Positions 39,723 through 49,448 of a stretch of DNA of 64,000 nt are shown here, piece by piece. The position numbers were made by a program, and so were the translations under genes. The notes below the pieces were generated by a model. The model saw nothing but the letters and a program-made list of their open reading frames with translations, was not told where the DNA came from and did no database searches. The stretch's first letter is position 1. Every line of letters starts with the position of its first letter. Origin of the DNA: Bacteroidota bacterium (GTDB taxonomy: Bacteria; Bacteroidota; JABWAT01); contig JAFLBE010000009.1 of NCBI GenBank assembly GCA_017303995.1, forward strand, positions 13,993-77,992, in the 5' to 3' direction.

Positions 39723-39784
39723 CTTCTGAAACCTTCCACTATTGACCCCGTAAGACCCTCAAGGTAAAAACCGGAGACAGTCAA

Positions 39785-40447
39785 ATGGAAAACACAACTA
39801 TACCAACCGATACTGAAATGCCAAAACGCCTTTTCAGAGATGTAAATAACAAAGTTTTTGGCGGTGTTGCAGCTGGATTGGCATCAAATTTAAATATTGA
39901 CGTTATTCTGATCCGGCTCCTGTTTATTATCACTGGTTTCGCAGGTTTTGGAATTCTGGCCTATTTCTTAATGTGGATTTTTATTCCTGCAAATGAAACC
40001 AACCAGATTAATGCAAATGAACCAGTTTTAAATCCGAAGTCAACTGCCTATTTCCATCGATTGGTTGCTACAGGGTTGATTCTTATCGGACTTTTCTGGT
40101 TGTTTGACAATTTAGAAATATTCTGGTTTGAAACCTTTATTGAACAGGTTGAAGATTTTGCATTTCCTGTATTTTTAATTTTTGGCGGCTTGGCAATTTT
40201 ATATTATTCACTCAGAAAACCCATCAAGGAAAATGAAATGGCACAATCAGAAGAACCCCGCAGATTGTTTCGGGTTATGAAAGAAAGAATGATTGCTGGA
40301 GTTTGCTCAGGTCTTGGGTATTATTTTAAAGTTGACCCTGTTCTTGTCAGAATACTTTTCATTATCAGTGTGTTTGTTAGTTTTGGTGCAACCCTTTTGG
40401 TCTATCTTGTTTTGGCTTTAGCTGTCCCAAAAGACAACGGGCAATAA
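39785..40447 (+). CDS. PspC-domain protein (two PspC domains)
   Basis: Two copies of the PspC motif are present: LFRDVNNKVFGGVAAGLASNLNIDVILIRLLFII and LFRVMKERMIAGVCSGLGYYFKVDPVLVRILFII. Confidence 0.65.
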   Translation: MENTTIPTDTEMPKRLFRDVNNKVFGGVAAGLASNLNIDVILIRLLFIITGFAGFGILAYFLMWIFIPANETNQINANEPVLNPKSTAYFHRLVATGLILIGLFWLFDNLEIFWFETFIEQVEDFAFPVFLIFGGLAILYYSLRKPIKENEMAQSEEPRRLFRVMKERMIAGVCSGLGYYFKVDPVLVRILFIISVFVSFGATLLVYLVLALAVPKDNGQ

Positions 40448-40448
40448 G

Positions 40449-40805
40449 ATGAACCGATTTCCAACCATACCTTTTATCAGCATTTTACTGATCATCATTG
40501 GTGGTGATTTGCTGCTCGACCGGCTTAACTTACTTTATTCAACCTGGTATGAATTAGTCGGGGTTATTCTGATGGTTCAGGGACTTTTATTCCTGATTTA
40601 TGGAATCCGGGATAAAAACAATTCGAAAACTGTAACTGGTGTGCTTCTTGCAATTGCAGGCACACTCTTTTTCTTCCCAGCTATTGTTGATCAGATTGAT
40701 TGGTGGCTGGTTCGTGAAAACTTGCAAACCTGGTGGCCTGCTGCTCTTGTTTTACTTGGAATCTGGATTCTGATTCGTTCCTTGTTCAGAAAACCAAAAG
40801 TTTAG
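40449..40805 (+). CDS. small integral membrane protein (downstream of the PspC-domain gene)
   Basis: It has four hydrophobic helices. It is translationally adjacent to the PspC-domain gene. Confidence 0.4.
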   Translation: MNRFPTIPFISILLIIIGGDLLLDRLNLLYSTWYELVGVILMVQGLLFLIYGIRDKNNSKTVTGVLLAIAGTLFFFPAIVDQIDWWLVRENLQTWWPAALVLLGIWILIRSLFRKPKV

Positions 40806-42232
40806 TAGCCTTTTTTTATCGGACCGGAATCCATATTTATGATGGATTCCGGTTTAATATTTAAACTTTCCAAAATTCCCTTCAACTTCGTAATTGTTTC
40901 AGCATATTCCTCTTCTGCTTTTGAATCTGAAGTAATTGCCCCTCCTGCCTTTGCAGAAAATACCTTTCCGATGAATTCAATGCACCTGATTAAAACCGAC
41001 CATTCAGAATTTCCCGAATAATCAACATATCCTGAAATCCCGGAATAAAATCCACGCGGCCCTGATTCATATTTTCGGATGAGTTCCATCGTGCGTTTTT
41101 TTGGAGCACCTGTCATTGATCCAGGCGGGAATAATGCTTCAATAACAGAAAATACAGTTTCATTTTCTGGCAGTTCGCCAGTGATTGTTGAAATCATCTG
41201 ATGAACAGTTTGGTAGGATTCAACTTCAAAAAGGGATTTAACTTTGACTGAGCCCGTTTTGCAAATTTTTCCCAGATCATTTCGCATCAGGTCAACGATC
41301 ATCAGGTTTTCTGCCTGATCTTTCTCAGAAAGCGATAATTCGGTTTTCATCCTAAGATCAATTTCCGGATCTGAATCCCGTCTTCGGGTACCTTTCATTG
41401 GCTGAACGGTAATTTGCCGGCCGGTTGTTTTGAAAAATCGTTCGGGAGATGAACTCAGCAGAGTAAAATGATCAAGTTTAAACCAGGTGAAAAAGGAAGA
41501 GGGTGAATAGGAAATCAGAGAATCCCAGATTTGGGATGGATTACCATTTTTGATATTTCCTTTTAGTTCATGAACGTAATTCACCTCATAAGTATCACCG
41601 TCCCGGATGTGATTTCTGAGCGATTCAACCTTTGATGAATAAAGATTGAAGGATTCGGTAAAATGTACCCCGTCGGTTTCAACTGGAGCGGAGTCAGATT
41701 TATTTGATTCTTTTAAATTAACGATCAGATTGGAAGTTGGAAAATCTTGTGGATGCAATAAATCGATAGACCCGTTTTTTAGATCGTGCCTGAAAAGTAC
41801 CTTAGGTTTCAGTCCAACACCCAGAAGTTCAGAAGGGAGAACTGGAAAGGTTTCAACTTTGCTGGCAGTGAGAAATGAAGAAAATTCGTAGGAAAAAGCA
41901 AAAAACCATCCGCCTGTAATCAAGGGGTCTGAAAGTTTTGAAGATGACCCAAGATTTACAATATTTTCAATTTCTTTAAGTGGATTTGATCCGTCCAAAG
42001 GAATGACCGAGTTCCCTGTTTCTGAATGGATTTCTAACCGGTTTGAAAAAACCAGAATAAGGGTTTCAGGTGAAAAACCTGCAAATTCAAACTTGCTTCG
42101 GTGGTCATTTTTCAGGGGCGATGCAAGGATAAAACCAGGATTCTGCTGCTGAACAAAATTCTGAATCTGTTTCCAGGAAAAAGAATCCGGAAGAACGGTT
42201 TTAATTGTGGGATATGGAGCTGGAGTCTGCAT
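40802..42232 (-). CDS. pabB: aminodeoxychorismate/anthranilate synthase component I (chorismate-binding enzyme)
   Basis: The chorismate-binding domain has GSMTGAPKKRTMELI, FYSGISGYVD and GGAITSDS. pabB is favoured over trpE because it neighbours a class-IV aminotransferase-like gene. Confidence 0.7.
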   Translation of the reverse strand: MQTPAPYPTIKTVLPDSFSWKQIQNFVQQQNPGFILASPLKNDHRSKFEFAGFSPETLILVFSNRLEIHSETGNSVIPLDGSNPLKEIENIVNLGSSSKLSDPLITGGWFFAFSYEFSSFLTASKVETFPVLPSELLGVGLKPKVLFRHDLKNGSIDLLHPQDFPTSNLIVNLKESNKSDSAPVETDGVHFTESFNLYSSKVESLRNHIRDGDTYEVNYVHELKGNIKNGNPSQIWDSLISYSPSSFFTWFKLDHFTLLSSSPERFFKTTGRQITVQPMKGTRRRDSDPEIDLRMKTELSLSEKDQAENLMIVDLMRNDLGKICKTGSVKVKSLFEVESYQTVHQMISTITGELPENETVFSVIEALFPPGSMTGAPKKRTMELIRKYESGPRGFYSGISGYVDYSGNSEWSVLIRCIEFIGKVFSAKAGGAITSDSKAEEEYAETITKLKGILESLNIKPESIINMDSGPIKKGY

Positions 42233-42250
42233 TTTCGTTACTTACATCAT

Positions 42251-43027
42251 TCAAAGGTTGATGTAATAACTCCAGAAATCTATGGCTGGTTCATTTTCAC
42301 AGGTAATGTGCCAGTTTTTTCCTTCTCCGGTAACCAGATGAACAGGAATGAGCCCGTGAGTTGAGTTAGCATAATACCAATTTCTGAATGTGGAAAGATC
42401 CTGCACAGAAAAGGGAGCATTTATAATGTCCTGCTGGTTGATCTGGCAATACTCTCTGAAAACCCGGATGATAACTGAGTCCAGAACGTCACCGGTTTGT
42501 GTATTTAAGACCCAGGTTCCATCTGCTTTTCTTCCAATCAGGGAAGCTGTTGTAGATTCTAAAATTTCATCATGGTTCCTGACGATGGTGTCATATCCTT
42601 CCGGATCATGATTCCGGATTAAGGCCCAGGGTTGGAAATGACTCCATTTCAGTGCAGAAAGTCCGGGAAAAGGGGTTTGGAAGTCAAGTCGTGAAAGAGA
42701 GAGTGAAATGCCGTCTTCGCGCAGAAGGTCAAGTTCCGGGTTCAGGTTCCTGAGTTCGATTGAGGCTTCGCTTTTCGAGTTTTTTCTTTTGTATAAACGA
42801 TCGGTTTCTGTGGCTGACACAATGATTCTGACTGCGACCGATTCTGGAATATCATGTTCATAGAGCCAGGTTTTCATTTCATCGGCTGATGAAAATGGCA
42901 TGTCAAGTCCGAAAATTTCGGATTGCCGTAAAAGACGTTCAAAGTGCAGATTTAATCCGCAAAATTGTTCATTCCACCTTAAAAGGGTAGTGAAAAACCC
43001 GTCGCCGTTTTGGTAAAATCGATTCAT
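42251..43027 (-). CDS. pabC: aminodeoxychorismate lyase-like (PLP-dependent class IV aminotransferase fold)
   Basis: It is ~258 aa and sits directly upstream of the pabB-like gene in the same orientation. Residues fit the ADC lyase/BCAT fold loosely. Confidence 0.45.
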   Translation of the reverse strand: MNRFYQNGDGFFTTLLRWNEQFCGLNLHFERLLRQSEIFGLDMPFSSADEMKTWLYEHDIPESVAVRIIVSATETDRLYKRKNSKSEASIELRNLNPELDLLREDGISLSLSRLDFQTPFPGLSALKWSHFQPWALIRNHDPEGYDTIVRNHDEILESTTASLIGRKADGTWVLNTQTGDVLDSVIIRVFREYCQINQQDIINAPFSVQDLSTFRNWYYANSTHGLIPVHLVTGEGKNWHITCENEPAIDFWSYYINL

Positions 43028-43092
43028 TTCGGAAATTCGTTGATAGTTATGAAAAATTCAATTATTTTTGCAAGTTTTACTTTATATACCCT

Positions 43093-43971
43093 ATGATCGA
43101 ATCCATGACCGGCTTTGGTGCCGGAACTGCCACTTCTGACGGAATAACCGCCTCAGTTGAGCTCAGATCGCTGAACAGCCGGTTTGTTGAGCTGAATTCT
43201 AGGCTTCCAAAATCGCTGCAGAGCCGTGAAAATGACATCAAAGAAATTCTCCGTCGTGAGCTTCAGCGTGGTAAAATTAACATTTTGGTTCAGCTTGACC
43301 GTGATTCTGAAGCAGATCCGGGTCTTCGTATCAATGAAGAAGCTGTAAAAAAGTATACTTCACTGCTTGAAAAAGTTCTTTCTGTATCCGGCATAAAAGA
43401 TACCGTTCGTCTGGAACATATTCTAAAATTTGGTGATGTTTTTGAAGCTTCCGAACTTTCAGATTTTGAAACTGAAGAATGGAAACTCACGACCGAAGCA
43501 TTGAATCTTGCTATTGTTCAACTGAAAGACATGAGAAAACGTGAGGGTGATGTACTCTCAAAAGATCTTCGTGAACGTATTAAAATCCTACAGGTGAATG
43601 GGGATCTGGTTCGGAAAATGGGTGAAGAGAGAATTCCTCAGGAACGGATCAAACTCAGAAATAAAGTTGCAGAACTGATCAGTGATGAGAAAATCAATAC
43701 TGACCGGCTTGAACTTGAAATTGTTCTGCTTTCAGAACGTCTGGATATCACTGAAGAAATTACACGGTTGAACAGCCACCTGGATTATTTTCTTGAAGCC
43801 CTTGACGGTTCTGAATCAGTCGGGCGTAAACTAAACTTTCTTGTGCAGGAAATGAATCGTGAGATCAATACTATCGGGTCGAAATCGAATCATGCTGATA
43901 TTGCCCGGATTGTAGTTCAGATGAAAGAAGAGCTGGAACGGATCAGGGAACAAATCCAAAACCTTGAATAA
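43093..43971 (+). CDS. yicC: YicC/YloC-family stress-induced protein (endoribonuclease)
   Basis: The N-terminus is MIESMTGFG and the C-terminal domain is conserved (EMNREINTIGSK). It is followed by gmk as in many bacteria. Confidence 0.8.
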   Translation: MIESMTGFGAGTATSDGITASVELRSLNSRFVELNSRLPKSLQSRENDIKEILRRELQRGKINILVQLDRDSEADPGLRINEEAVKKYTSLLEKVLSVSGIKDTVRLEHILKFGDVFEASELSDFETEEWKLTTEALNLAIVQLKDMRKREGDVLSKDLRERIKILQVNGDLVRKMGEERIPQERIKLRNKVAELISDEKINTDRLELEIVLLSERLDITEEITRLNSHLDYFLEALDGSESVGRKLNFLVQEMNREINTIGSKSNHADIARIVVQMKEELERIREQIQNLE

Positions 43972-43974
43972 ATC

Positions 43975-44544
43975 ATGACCAAACCCGGAAAAGTGATTGT
44001 ATTTTGTGCGCCAAGCGGAGCCGGAAAAACGACTATTGCACGTGCACTTCAGCAATTGGTAGACAACCTTCATTTTTCAGTTTCCGCAACTACCCGTCAA
44101 CCCAGACAAAATGAATCTGATGGTGTTGACTATTTTTTCATCTCTAAAACAGAATTTCTTGACCGGGTTGGGAAAGATGAGTTTATTGAATGGGAAGAGG
44201 TTTTTGGCAATTATTATGGTACCTTGGTTTCTCATGTCCATGAAATGATGGACCAGGGGAAAAACGTCATTTTGGATATTGATGTAAAAGGCGGACTAAA
44301 CATCAAAAAAATATTCGGTGATCAATCGCTGACGCTGTTTATTCTTCCGCCAGACGTAAATGCACTTGAAGAACGCTTAAAATCAAGACAATCTGAAAGT
44401 AACGAGACGCTTAAACTCCGGTTGGCCCGTGTGCCAATGGAAATGGAACTCGGAAAACAATTTGATGCCCAGGTCGTTAATGACGATCTGAAAAAGGCAA
44501 TCGACCAGGTCTCTGCTCTGGTCACAGAATTTTTAAAAAAGTAA
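43975..44544 (+). CDS. gmk: guanylate kinase
   Basis: The P-loop is GPSGAGKTT and the guanylate kinase motif is TTRQPRQNE. Confidence 0.85.
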   Translation: MTKPGKVIVFCAPSGAGKTTIARALQQLVDNLHFSVSATTRQPRQNESDGVDYFFISKTEFLDRVGKDEFIEWEEVFGNYYGTLVSHVHEMMDQGKNVILDIDVKGGLNIKKIFGDQSLTLFILPPDVNALEERLKSRQSESNETLKLRLARVPMEMELGKQFDAQVVNDDLKKAIDQVSALVTEFLKK

Positions 44545-44562
44545 AAACTAAGGAGAACTGCA

Positions 44563-44850
44563 ATGCCTATTAATCCTGTTGATCTGAAAATTGTTCAGGG
44601 TGCCAACGAAAACGTTTACGAAGCCATCAATGTGCTTGGAAAACGTGCACGCCACATCAATGATGAAGTCCGTGCTGAACTTCATGATAAACTTTCCCTG
44701 TTCAGTGAACTCGTTGAAAGCGATGAAGAGCAAGAAGTGAATCACGAACAAGCCCGTATCTCGATTGAATATGAATTGCGTGACAAGCCAACCATTCAAT
44801 CCATCAAAGAAAAAAGCAAAAATGATATGGAATTTCATTACGCACAATGA
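44563..44850 (+). CDS. rpoZ: DNA-directed RNA polymerase subunit omega
   Basis: The segment NVYEAINVLGKRARHIN is the RpoZ signature. The gmk-rpoZ synteny is conserved. Confidence 0.75.
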   Translation: MPINPVDLKIVQGANENVYEAINVLGKRARHINDEVRAELHDKLSLFSELVESDEEQEVNHEQARISIEYELRDKPTIQSIKEKSKNDMEFHYAQ

Positions 44851-46076
44851 AATCCGTCCTGAATGGTAAGACAGTTGTTCTGGGGATTACAGGCGGCATT
44901 GCTGCCTATAAAACCCCCGAACTTGTCCGCCTGCTGAAAAAGGCAGGTGCCAACGTTCAGGTTTTGCTTACCGACTCTGCAAAACAATTTGTTACCCCGA
45001 CCGCACTTGGAACCGTTTCTGAAAACCCGGTTTTAACTGACATTTTTCCAAAAGATGTTCAGGGTTCCTGGACGGTTCACATCCATCTGGCCAGAAAAGC
45101 TTCCGTTTTTCTCGTAGCCCCGGCCACTGCAAACACAATTGCCAAGCTTGCCCACGGTCTCGCCGATAATATTCTTACCAATATTTATCTCGCACTTCCG
45201 CCAACCGTGCCGGTGATCATCGCTCCTGCCATGGACACCGATATGTTCGTTCATCCCGCAACACAGGCAAATCTTGAGATTTTACGCCAGCGCGGCCATA
45301 TCATTTTGCCACCGGAATCGGGTTTATTAGCCTCCGGGCTCACCGGAATCGGCCGTTTGCCTGAACTTACTGCAATTGTAGACAAAGTAAATGAAGTCGT
45401 TGCCGGAGCAAAAGGTGATTTATCAGGAAAAACGATTCTGATATCTGCCGGACCAACCCGTGAAGCCATTGATCCGGTTAGATATATTTCGAATTATTCA
45501 AGCGGAAAGATGGGTTTTGCCCTTGCATCCGCAGCTCAAAAACGGGGAGCAACCGTTCAGCTCATCAGCGGACCCGTTCATCTTTCCCCACCCGTTGGCG
45601 TTGATCTGATTTCTGTTGAATCCGCACTTGATATGCAGACAGAAATTGAAAACCGGTTTATAAAAGCTGATGTGGTCATCATGGCTGCTGCAGTTGCCGA
45701 TTACCGGGTGAAATCAGTTTCAGACACAAAAATTAAAAAAGAATCTTCTGCCGGATTTGAATTGGAACTGGTGAAAAATCCGGATATTTTGCAAACCCTC
45801 GGAAAGAAGAAAAAGAAACAAATCCTGATTGGTTTTGCTCTTGAAACCGACAACGAAATTGAACATGCCCGTCAAAAATTGGTATCCAAAAATCTGGATG
45901 CGATTGTTCTGAATAAAGCTAATGAACCCGGGGCAGGATTTGAAGTTGATACCAACATTATCCGGATTTTACCGGCAACCGGCGGCATTATTGAGTTTCC
46001 GAAGGCACTTAAAACTGAACTTGCAGACCGTATCCTCGATTTCTGCTTAACTTTATCTGAAAAGAACCATGTCTGA
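44847..46076 (+). CDS. coaBC: bifunctional phosphopantothenoylcysteine decarboxylase / phosphopantothenate-cysteine ligase
   Basis: The N-terminal flavoprotein domain has GITGGIAAYK. The C-terminal CoaB domain has ISAGPTREAIDPVRYISNYSSGKMG. Confidence 0.85.
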   Translation: MKSVLNGKTVVLGITGGIAAYKTPELVRLLKKAGANVQVLLTDSAKQFVTPTALGTVSENPVLTDIFPKDVQGSWTVHIHLARKASVFLVAPATANTIAKLAHGLADNILTNIYLALPPTVPVIIAPAMDTDMFVHPATQANLEILRQRGHIILPPESGLLASGLTGIGRLPELTAIVDKVNEVVAGAKGDLSGKTILISAGPTREAIDPVRYISNYSSGKMGFALASAAQKRGATVQLISGPVHLSPPVGVDLISVESALDMQTEIENRFIKADVVIMAAAVADYRVKSVSDTKIKKESSAGFELELVKNPDILQTLGKKKKKQILIGFALETDNEIEHARQKLVSKNLDAIVLNKANEPGAGFEVDTNIIRILPATGGIIEFPKALKTELADRILDFCLTLSEKNHV

Positions 46077-46767
46077 CCTTCCTATTGAAGAAATCCGGAA
46101 ACTGTTTGCCTTTACCCGTGTTTACCTTGATCAGCAGCATGATCTTTTTGGTCCGTCACTGCCTGATTTGATTACTTCCCCTGAAATTACAGTTGACGCC
46201 AGGAAAAAGGCAGAATTGCTCGATTCCTATTACAAACAGATTGCCAATTGCCAGAACTGCAAACTTGGAAAAACCCGTAAAAATCTGGTTTTTGGCAGTG
46301 GAAATCCGGATGCAAAATTACTTGTAATCGGTGAAGGTCCGGGTGCAGATGAGGATGAAACCGGTTATCCGTTTGTTGGTCGTGCCGGTCAGTTGCTGAC
46401 AGCTATTCTAAAGGCCATCAACTTTACCCGTCAGGATGTTTACATTGCCAATATTGTAAAATGCCGTCCGCCGCAAAACCGGAAACCAGAGCCGGATGAA
46501 GTGGCGGAATGTATGCCTCATCTGAAAAAACAAATTGAAATTATCCGCCCGGCAATTATTCTTGCTTTGGGTGCAACAGCAGCCAATACGTTACTCGCAA
46601 ATGCCGATTCTCTCGGTTCGATGAGGGGCCGGATCCACACTTTTGAAAACACCCCTTTGGTTGTGACTTATCATCCGGCAGCATTGCTTCGCAACCCGAA
46701 TTACAAACCCGAAACCTGGCAGGATGTTCAATTTCTGCGAAAACAGTACGATTCTCTCGTTCAGTAA
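46069..46767 (+). CDS. uracil-DNA glycosylase, family 4
   Basis: The family-4 UDG motif is GEGPGADEDETGYPFVGRAGQLL. A Cys cluster for a 4Fe-4S centre is present. Confidence 0.8.
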   Translation: MSDLPIEEIRKLFAFTRVYLDQQHDLFGPSLPDLITSPEITVDARKKAELLDSYYKQIANCQNCKLGKTRKNLVFGSGNPDAKLLVIGEGPGADEDETGYPFVGRAGQLLTAILKAINFTRQDVYIANIVKCRPPQNRKPEPDEVAECMPHLKKQIEIIRPAIILALGATAANTLLANADSLGSMRGRIHTFENTPLVVTYHPAALLRNPNYKPETWQDVQFLRKQYDSLVQ

Positions 46768-46776
46768 GATAAAATT

Positions 46777-48288
46777 ATGGCAAAAGTATTTGGGGATTCG
46801 TCTGGTGACAAATTCCCGATCGATGATTTTCTAAACCGGAAAAACAAGTCAGCTTCTCCACTATTGATGGAAGGGCGGACTCCACCCCAGGCTGTTGATG
46901 TAGAACAGGCTGTTCTGGGTGCTATTTTAATTGATCCGGATGCGATTTTTAAAGCTGTCGATCTGATTGATGATTCCTGTTTCTACAAACCTTCACACCG
47001 GATGCTCATGGCAACCATCATGAAAATGGTGGAGAAAAATGAAGCCATTGATATGGTGACGCTGGTTGAAGAACTTCGCCGGAATAATATGCTTGAAGAA
47101 GTTGGTGGTGCCCACTATATTTCAGAGCTGACAACCAAAGTTTCGACGTCAGCAAATATTGAATATCATGCCCGGATTGTTCTCGAAAAATTTATCCTCC
47201 GCCGGGTTATTTCCATTTCAGGAAATCTGGCCTCTGAAGCATTTGACGGTGAAGATGACGCCTTTGAAATTCTGGACAAAGCTGAAAAGGAATTGTTTCA
47301 GATCAGTGCGGAACGCCTGAGAAAAGGTGCACTTTCGATTTCAGAAATTTTAACCAATGCCATTGAAAAACTTCAACACATCCATGAAAATCCGGGTGGC
47401 GTTTCTGGCGTTCCTTCCAATTTTGTTGATCTTGATAAAATGACTGGTGGATTTCAGCCAACTGATCTCGTTATCATTGCCGCACGTCCTTCCATGGGGA
47501 AAACGGCTTTTGCAATGACAGCGGCTATTAATGCTGCTTTGAAATCTAAAAAAGCAGTTCTTGTTTTTTCTCTTGAAATGTCGGCACAGGCCTTGGTTGA
47601 ACGTTTATTGTATTCGACAGCAAAAGTGGATGCCCACCTGGCAAGAAATGGCCGGCTTCCGCATGATGACTGGCCTAAAATTTCGAAGGCTGCCGGTAAA
47701 CTGAACGAAGCGAAGATTTACATTGATGATTCCCCCGGGATGTCAGTCATGGAAATCAGGGCCAAAGCCCGCCGTCTAAAATTTGAAAAGGGAATTGACA
47801 TGATTATTGTCGATTACCTTCAACTGGTGCACGGACCCAAAGCCAGCCAGTCACGGGAACAGGAAATTTCTGCCATCAGCCGGTCGTTAAAAATGCTTGC
47901 AAAAGAACTTGATGTGCCGGTTTTAGCGTTGTCTCAGCTTTCACGTGCTGTTGAAAGCAGAAATCCGAAACGCCCTATGCTTTCAGATTTGCGGGAATCG
48001 GGTGCGATTGAACAGGATGCTGACGTTGTTATTTTTATTTACCGGCCAGAGTTTTACGGTGAAAAAGAAACTGAAGATGGTGCACCTGCAGAAGGATTGG
48101 CAGAAATCATCATCGGTAAACAGCGTAACGGACCAACCGGAACGGTCATTCTTCAGTTTAATAAAATGTTTGCAGCATTCGACAACCGTGCAGGTTCGGG
48201 TGGTGGATACAGTGGTCCTTCCGGACCTGAAGCACCTTTGAATCCTGAAGATTTCGGTGCACCTCCAGCCGGGATCGTCCCGTTTTAA
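46777..48288 (+). CDS. dnaB: replicative DNA helicase DnaB
   Basis: The N-terminal DnaB domain is followed by the RecA-like domain with Walker A ARPSMGKTAFA and Walker B IIVDYLQL. It appears to have no intein. Confidence 0.9.
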   Translation: MAKVFGDSSGDKFPIDDFLNRKNKSASPLLMEGRTPPQAVDVEQAVLGAILIDPDAIFKAVDLIDDSCFYKPSHRMLMATIMKMVEKNEAIDMVTLVEELRRNNMLEEVGGAHYISELTTKVSTSANIEYHARIVLEKFILRRVISISGNLASEAFDGEDDAFEILDKAEKELFQISAERLRKGALSISEILTNAIEKLQHIHENPGGVSGVPSNFVDLDKMTGGFQPTDLVIIAARPSMGKTAFAMTAAINAALKSKKAVLVFSLEMSAQALVERLLYSTAKVDAHLARNGRLPHDDWPKISKAAGKLNEAKIYIDDSPGMSVMEIRAKARRLKFEKGIDMIIVDYLQLVHGPKASQSREQEISAISRSLKMLAKELDVPVLALSQLSRAVESRNPKRPMLSDLRESGAIEQDADVVIFIYRPEFYGEKETEDGAPAEGLAEIIIGKQRNGPTGTVILQFNKMFAAFDNRAGSGGGYSGPSGPEAPLNPEDFGAPPAGIVPF

Positions 48289-48293
48289 ATTTT

Positions 48294-48322
48294 AAAGTCC
48301 GGTTCTCCCGGACTTTTTTTTG
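48294..48322 (+). terminator. putative Rho-independent terminator after dnaB
   Basis: The GC-rich hairpin GTCCGG-ttctc-CCGGAC is followed immediately by a run of 8 T. Confidence 0.55.
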
Positions 48323-48537
48323 CGGGAAAATTCAATTTGCGCGCAAAGACGCAAAGGCGCTAAGAAAACGCTAAGCGGGGGGATTTTTTTTATTTAAAAC
48401 ACCATAGGGATATTTAAATTTTTTGGGTGGGGTAGAGACGCGATGCATCGCGTCCCTGTTATCCACAAGGAAATACATTAATTTGAATTGTGCCAGATTT
48501 AGAAATTACGTTATTATAAATTCAAAAAGGAAATAAA

Positions 48538-49425
48538 ATGGCTGGCGGAAGTTTATTAGCTTTACTCGATGATATTACAACCATCCTGGATGACGTCTCT
48601 GTCATGACCAAGGTGGCTGCAAAGAAAACTGCCGGTGTGCTGGGTGATGATCTTGCTTTGAACGCTCAGCAGGTCAGTGGGGTGAATGCAGACAGAGAAT
48701 TGCCGGTTGTCTGGGCAGTTGCTAAAGGTTCTTTGCTGAATAAGGTGATTCTGGTTCCGGCTGCACTTCTGATCAGCACCTTTTTGCCCTGGGCCGTCAT
48801 TCCGTTGCTTATGATTGGTGGTGCCTATTTGTGTTTTGAAGGCGTTGAAAAAGTAGTTCACACTTTTTTTCACAAAAAACATGAAACAACGAATGAACCT
48901 GCTGTTGTTATTCCGGAGTCCACAGAAAAAGAAAAAATTAAAGGAGCTATCAGAACGGATTTTATTCTTTCAGCGGAAATTATTGTGATTGCTTTGGGAA
49001 CGGTTGCCGGGGCTTCATTTGGTATCCAGGTTACTGTTTTATCCGGAATTGCTCTGGTTATGACTATTGGCGTTTATGGTCTGGTTGCCGGAATTGTAAA
49101 ACTGGATGATCTTGGTTTGTGGCTGTTAAAACCGGAGTTTAATAAGGTGTTCAGAAAAATGGGTTCTGCAATTTTAAAACTTGCTCCCTGGCTGATGAAG
49201 GGACTTTCTGTTGCTGGTACGATTGCCATGTTTCTGGTGGGCGGACAAATTATCGTTCACGGAATCCCATTCATTCATCATCTTTTAACAGATACTGCTA
49301 ATCATATTCCACTTTTCTCAAGTCTTATTGAAATGACCGGGAATGCGCTTTTCGGGATTTTGGTCGGGTTTGTCGTTTTGGGCGGGGTTATGACGATTTC
49401 AAAATTGCGAAAAAACCGGATTTAA
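48538..49425 (+). CDS. DUF808-family (YedI-like) inner membrane protein
   Basis: The N-terminus is [15 protein letters not shown], typical of DUF808, followed by multiple TM helices. Confidence 0.65.
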   Translation: MAGGSLLALLDDITTILDDVSVMTKVAAKKTAGVLGDDLALNAQQVSGVNADRELPVVWAVAKGSLLNKVILVPAALLISTFLPWAVIPLLMIGGAYLCFEGVEKVVHTFFHKKHETTNEPAVVIPESTEKEKIKGAIRTDFILSAEIIVIALGTVAGASFGIQVTVLSGIALVMTIGVYGLVAGIVKLDDLGLWLLKPEFNKVFRKMGSAILKLAPWLMKGLSVAGTIAMFLVGGQIIVHGIPFIHHLLTDTANHIPLFSSLIEMTGNALFGILVGFVVLGGVMTISKLRKNRI

Positions 49426-49448
49426 AATCCGGTTTTTTCGCAATGGGT

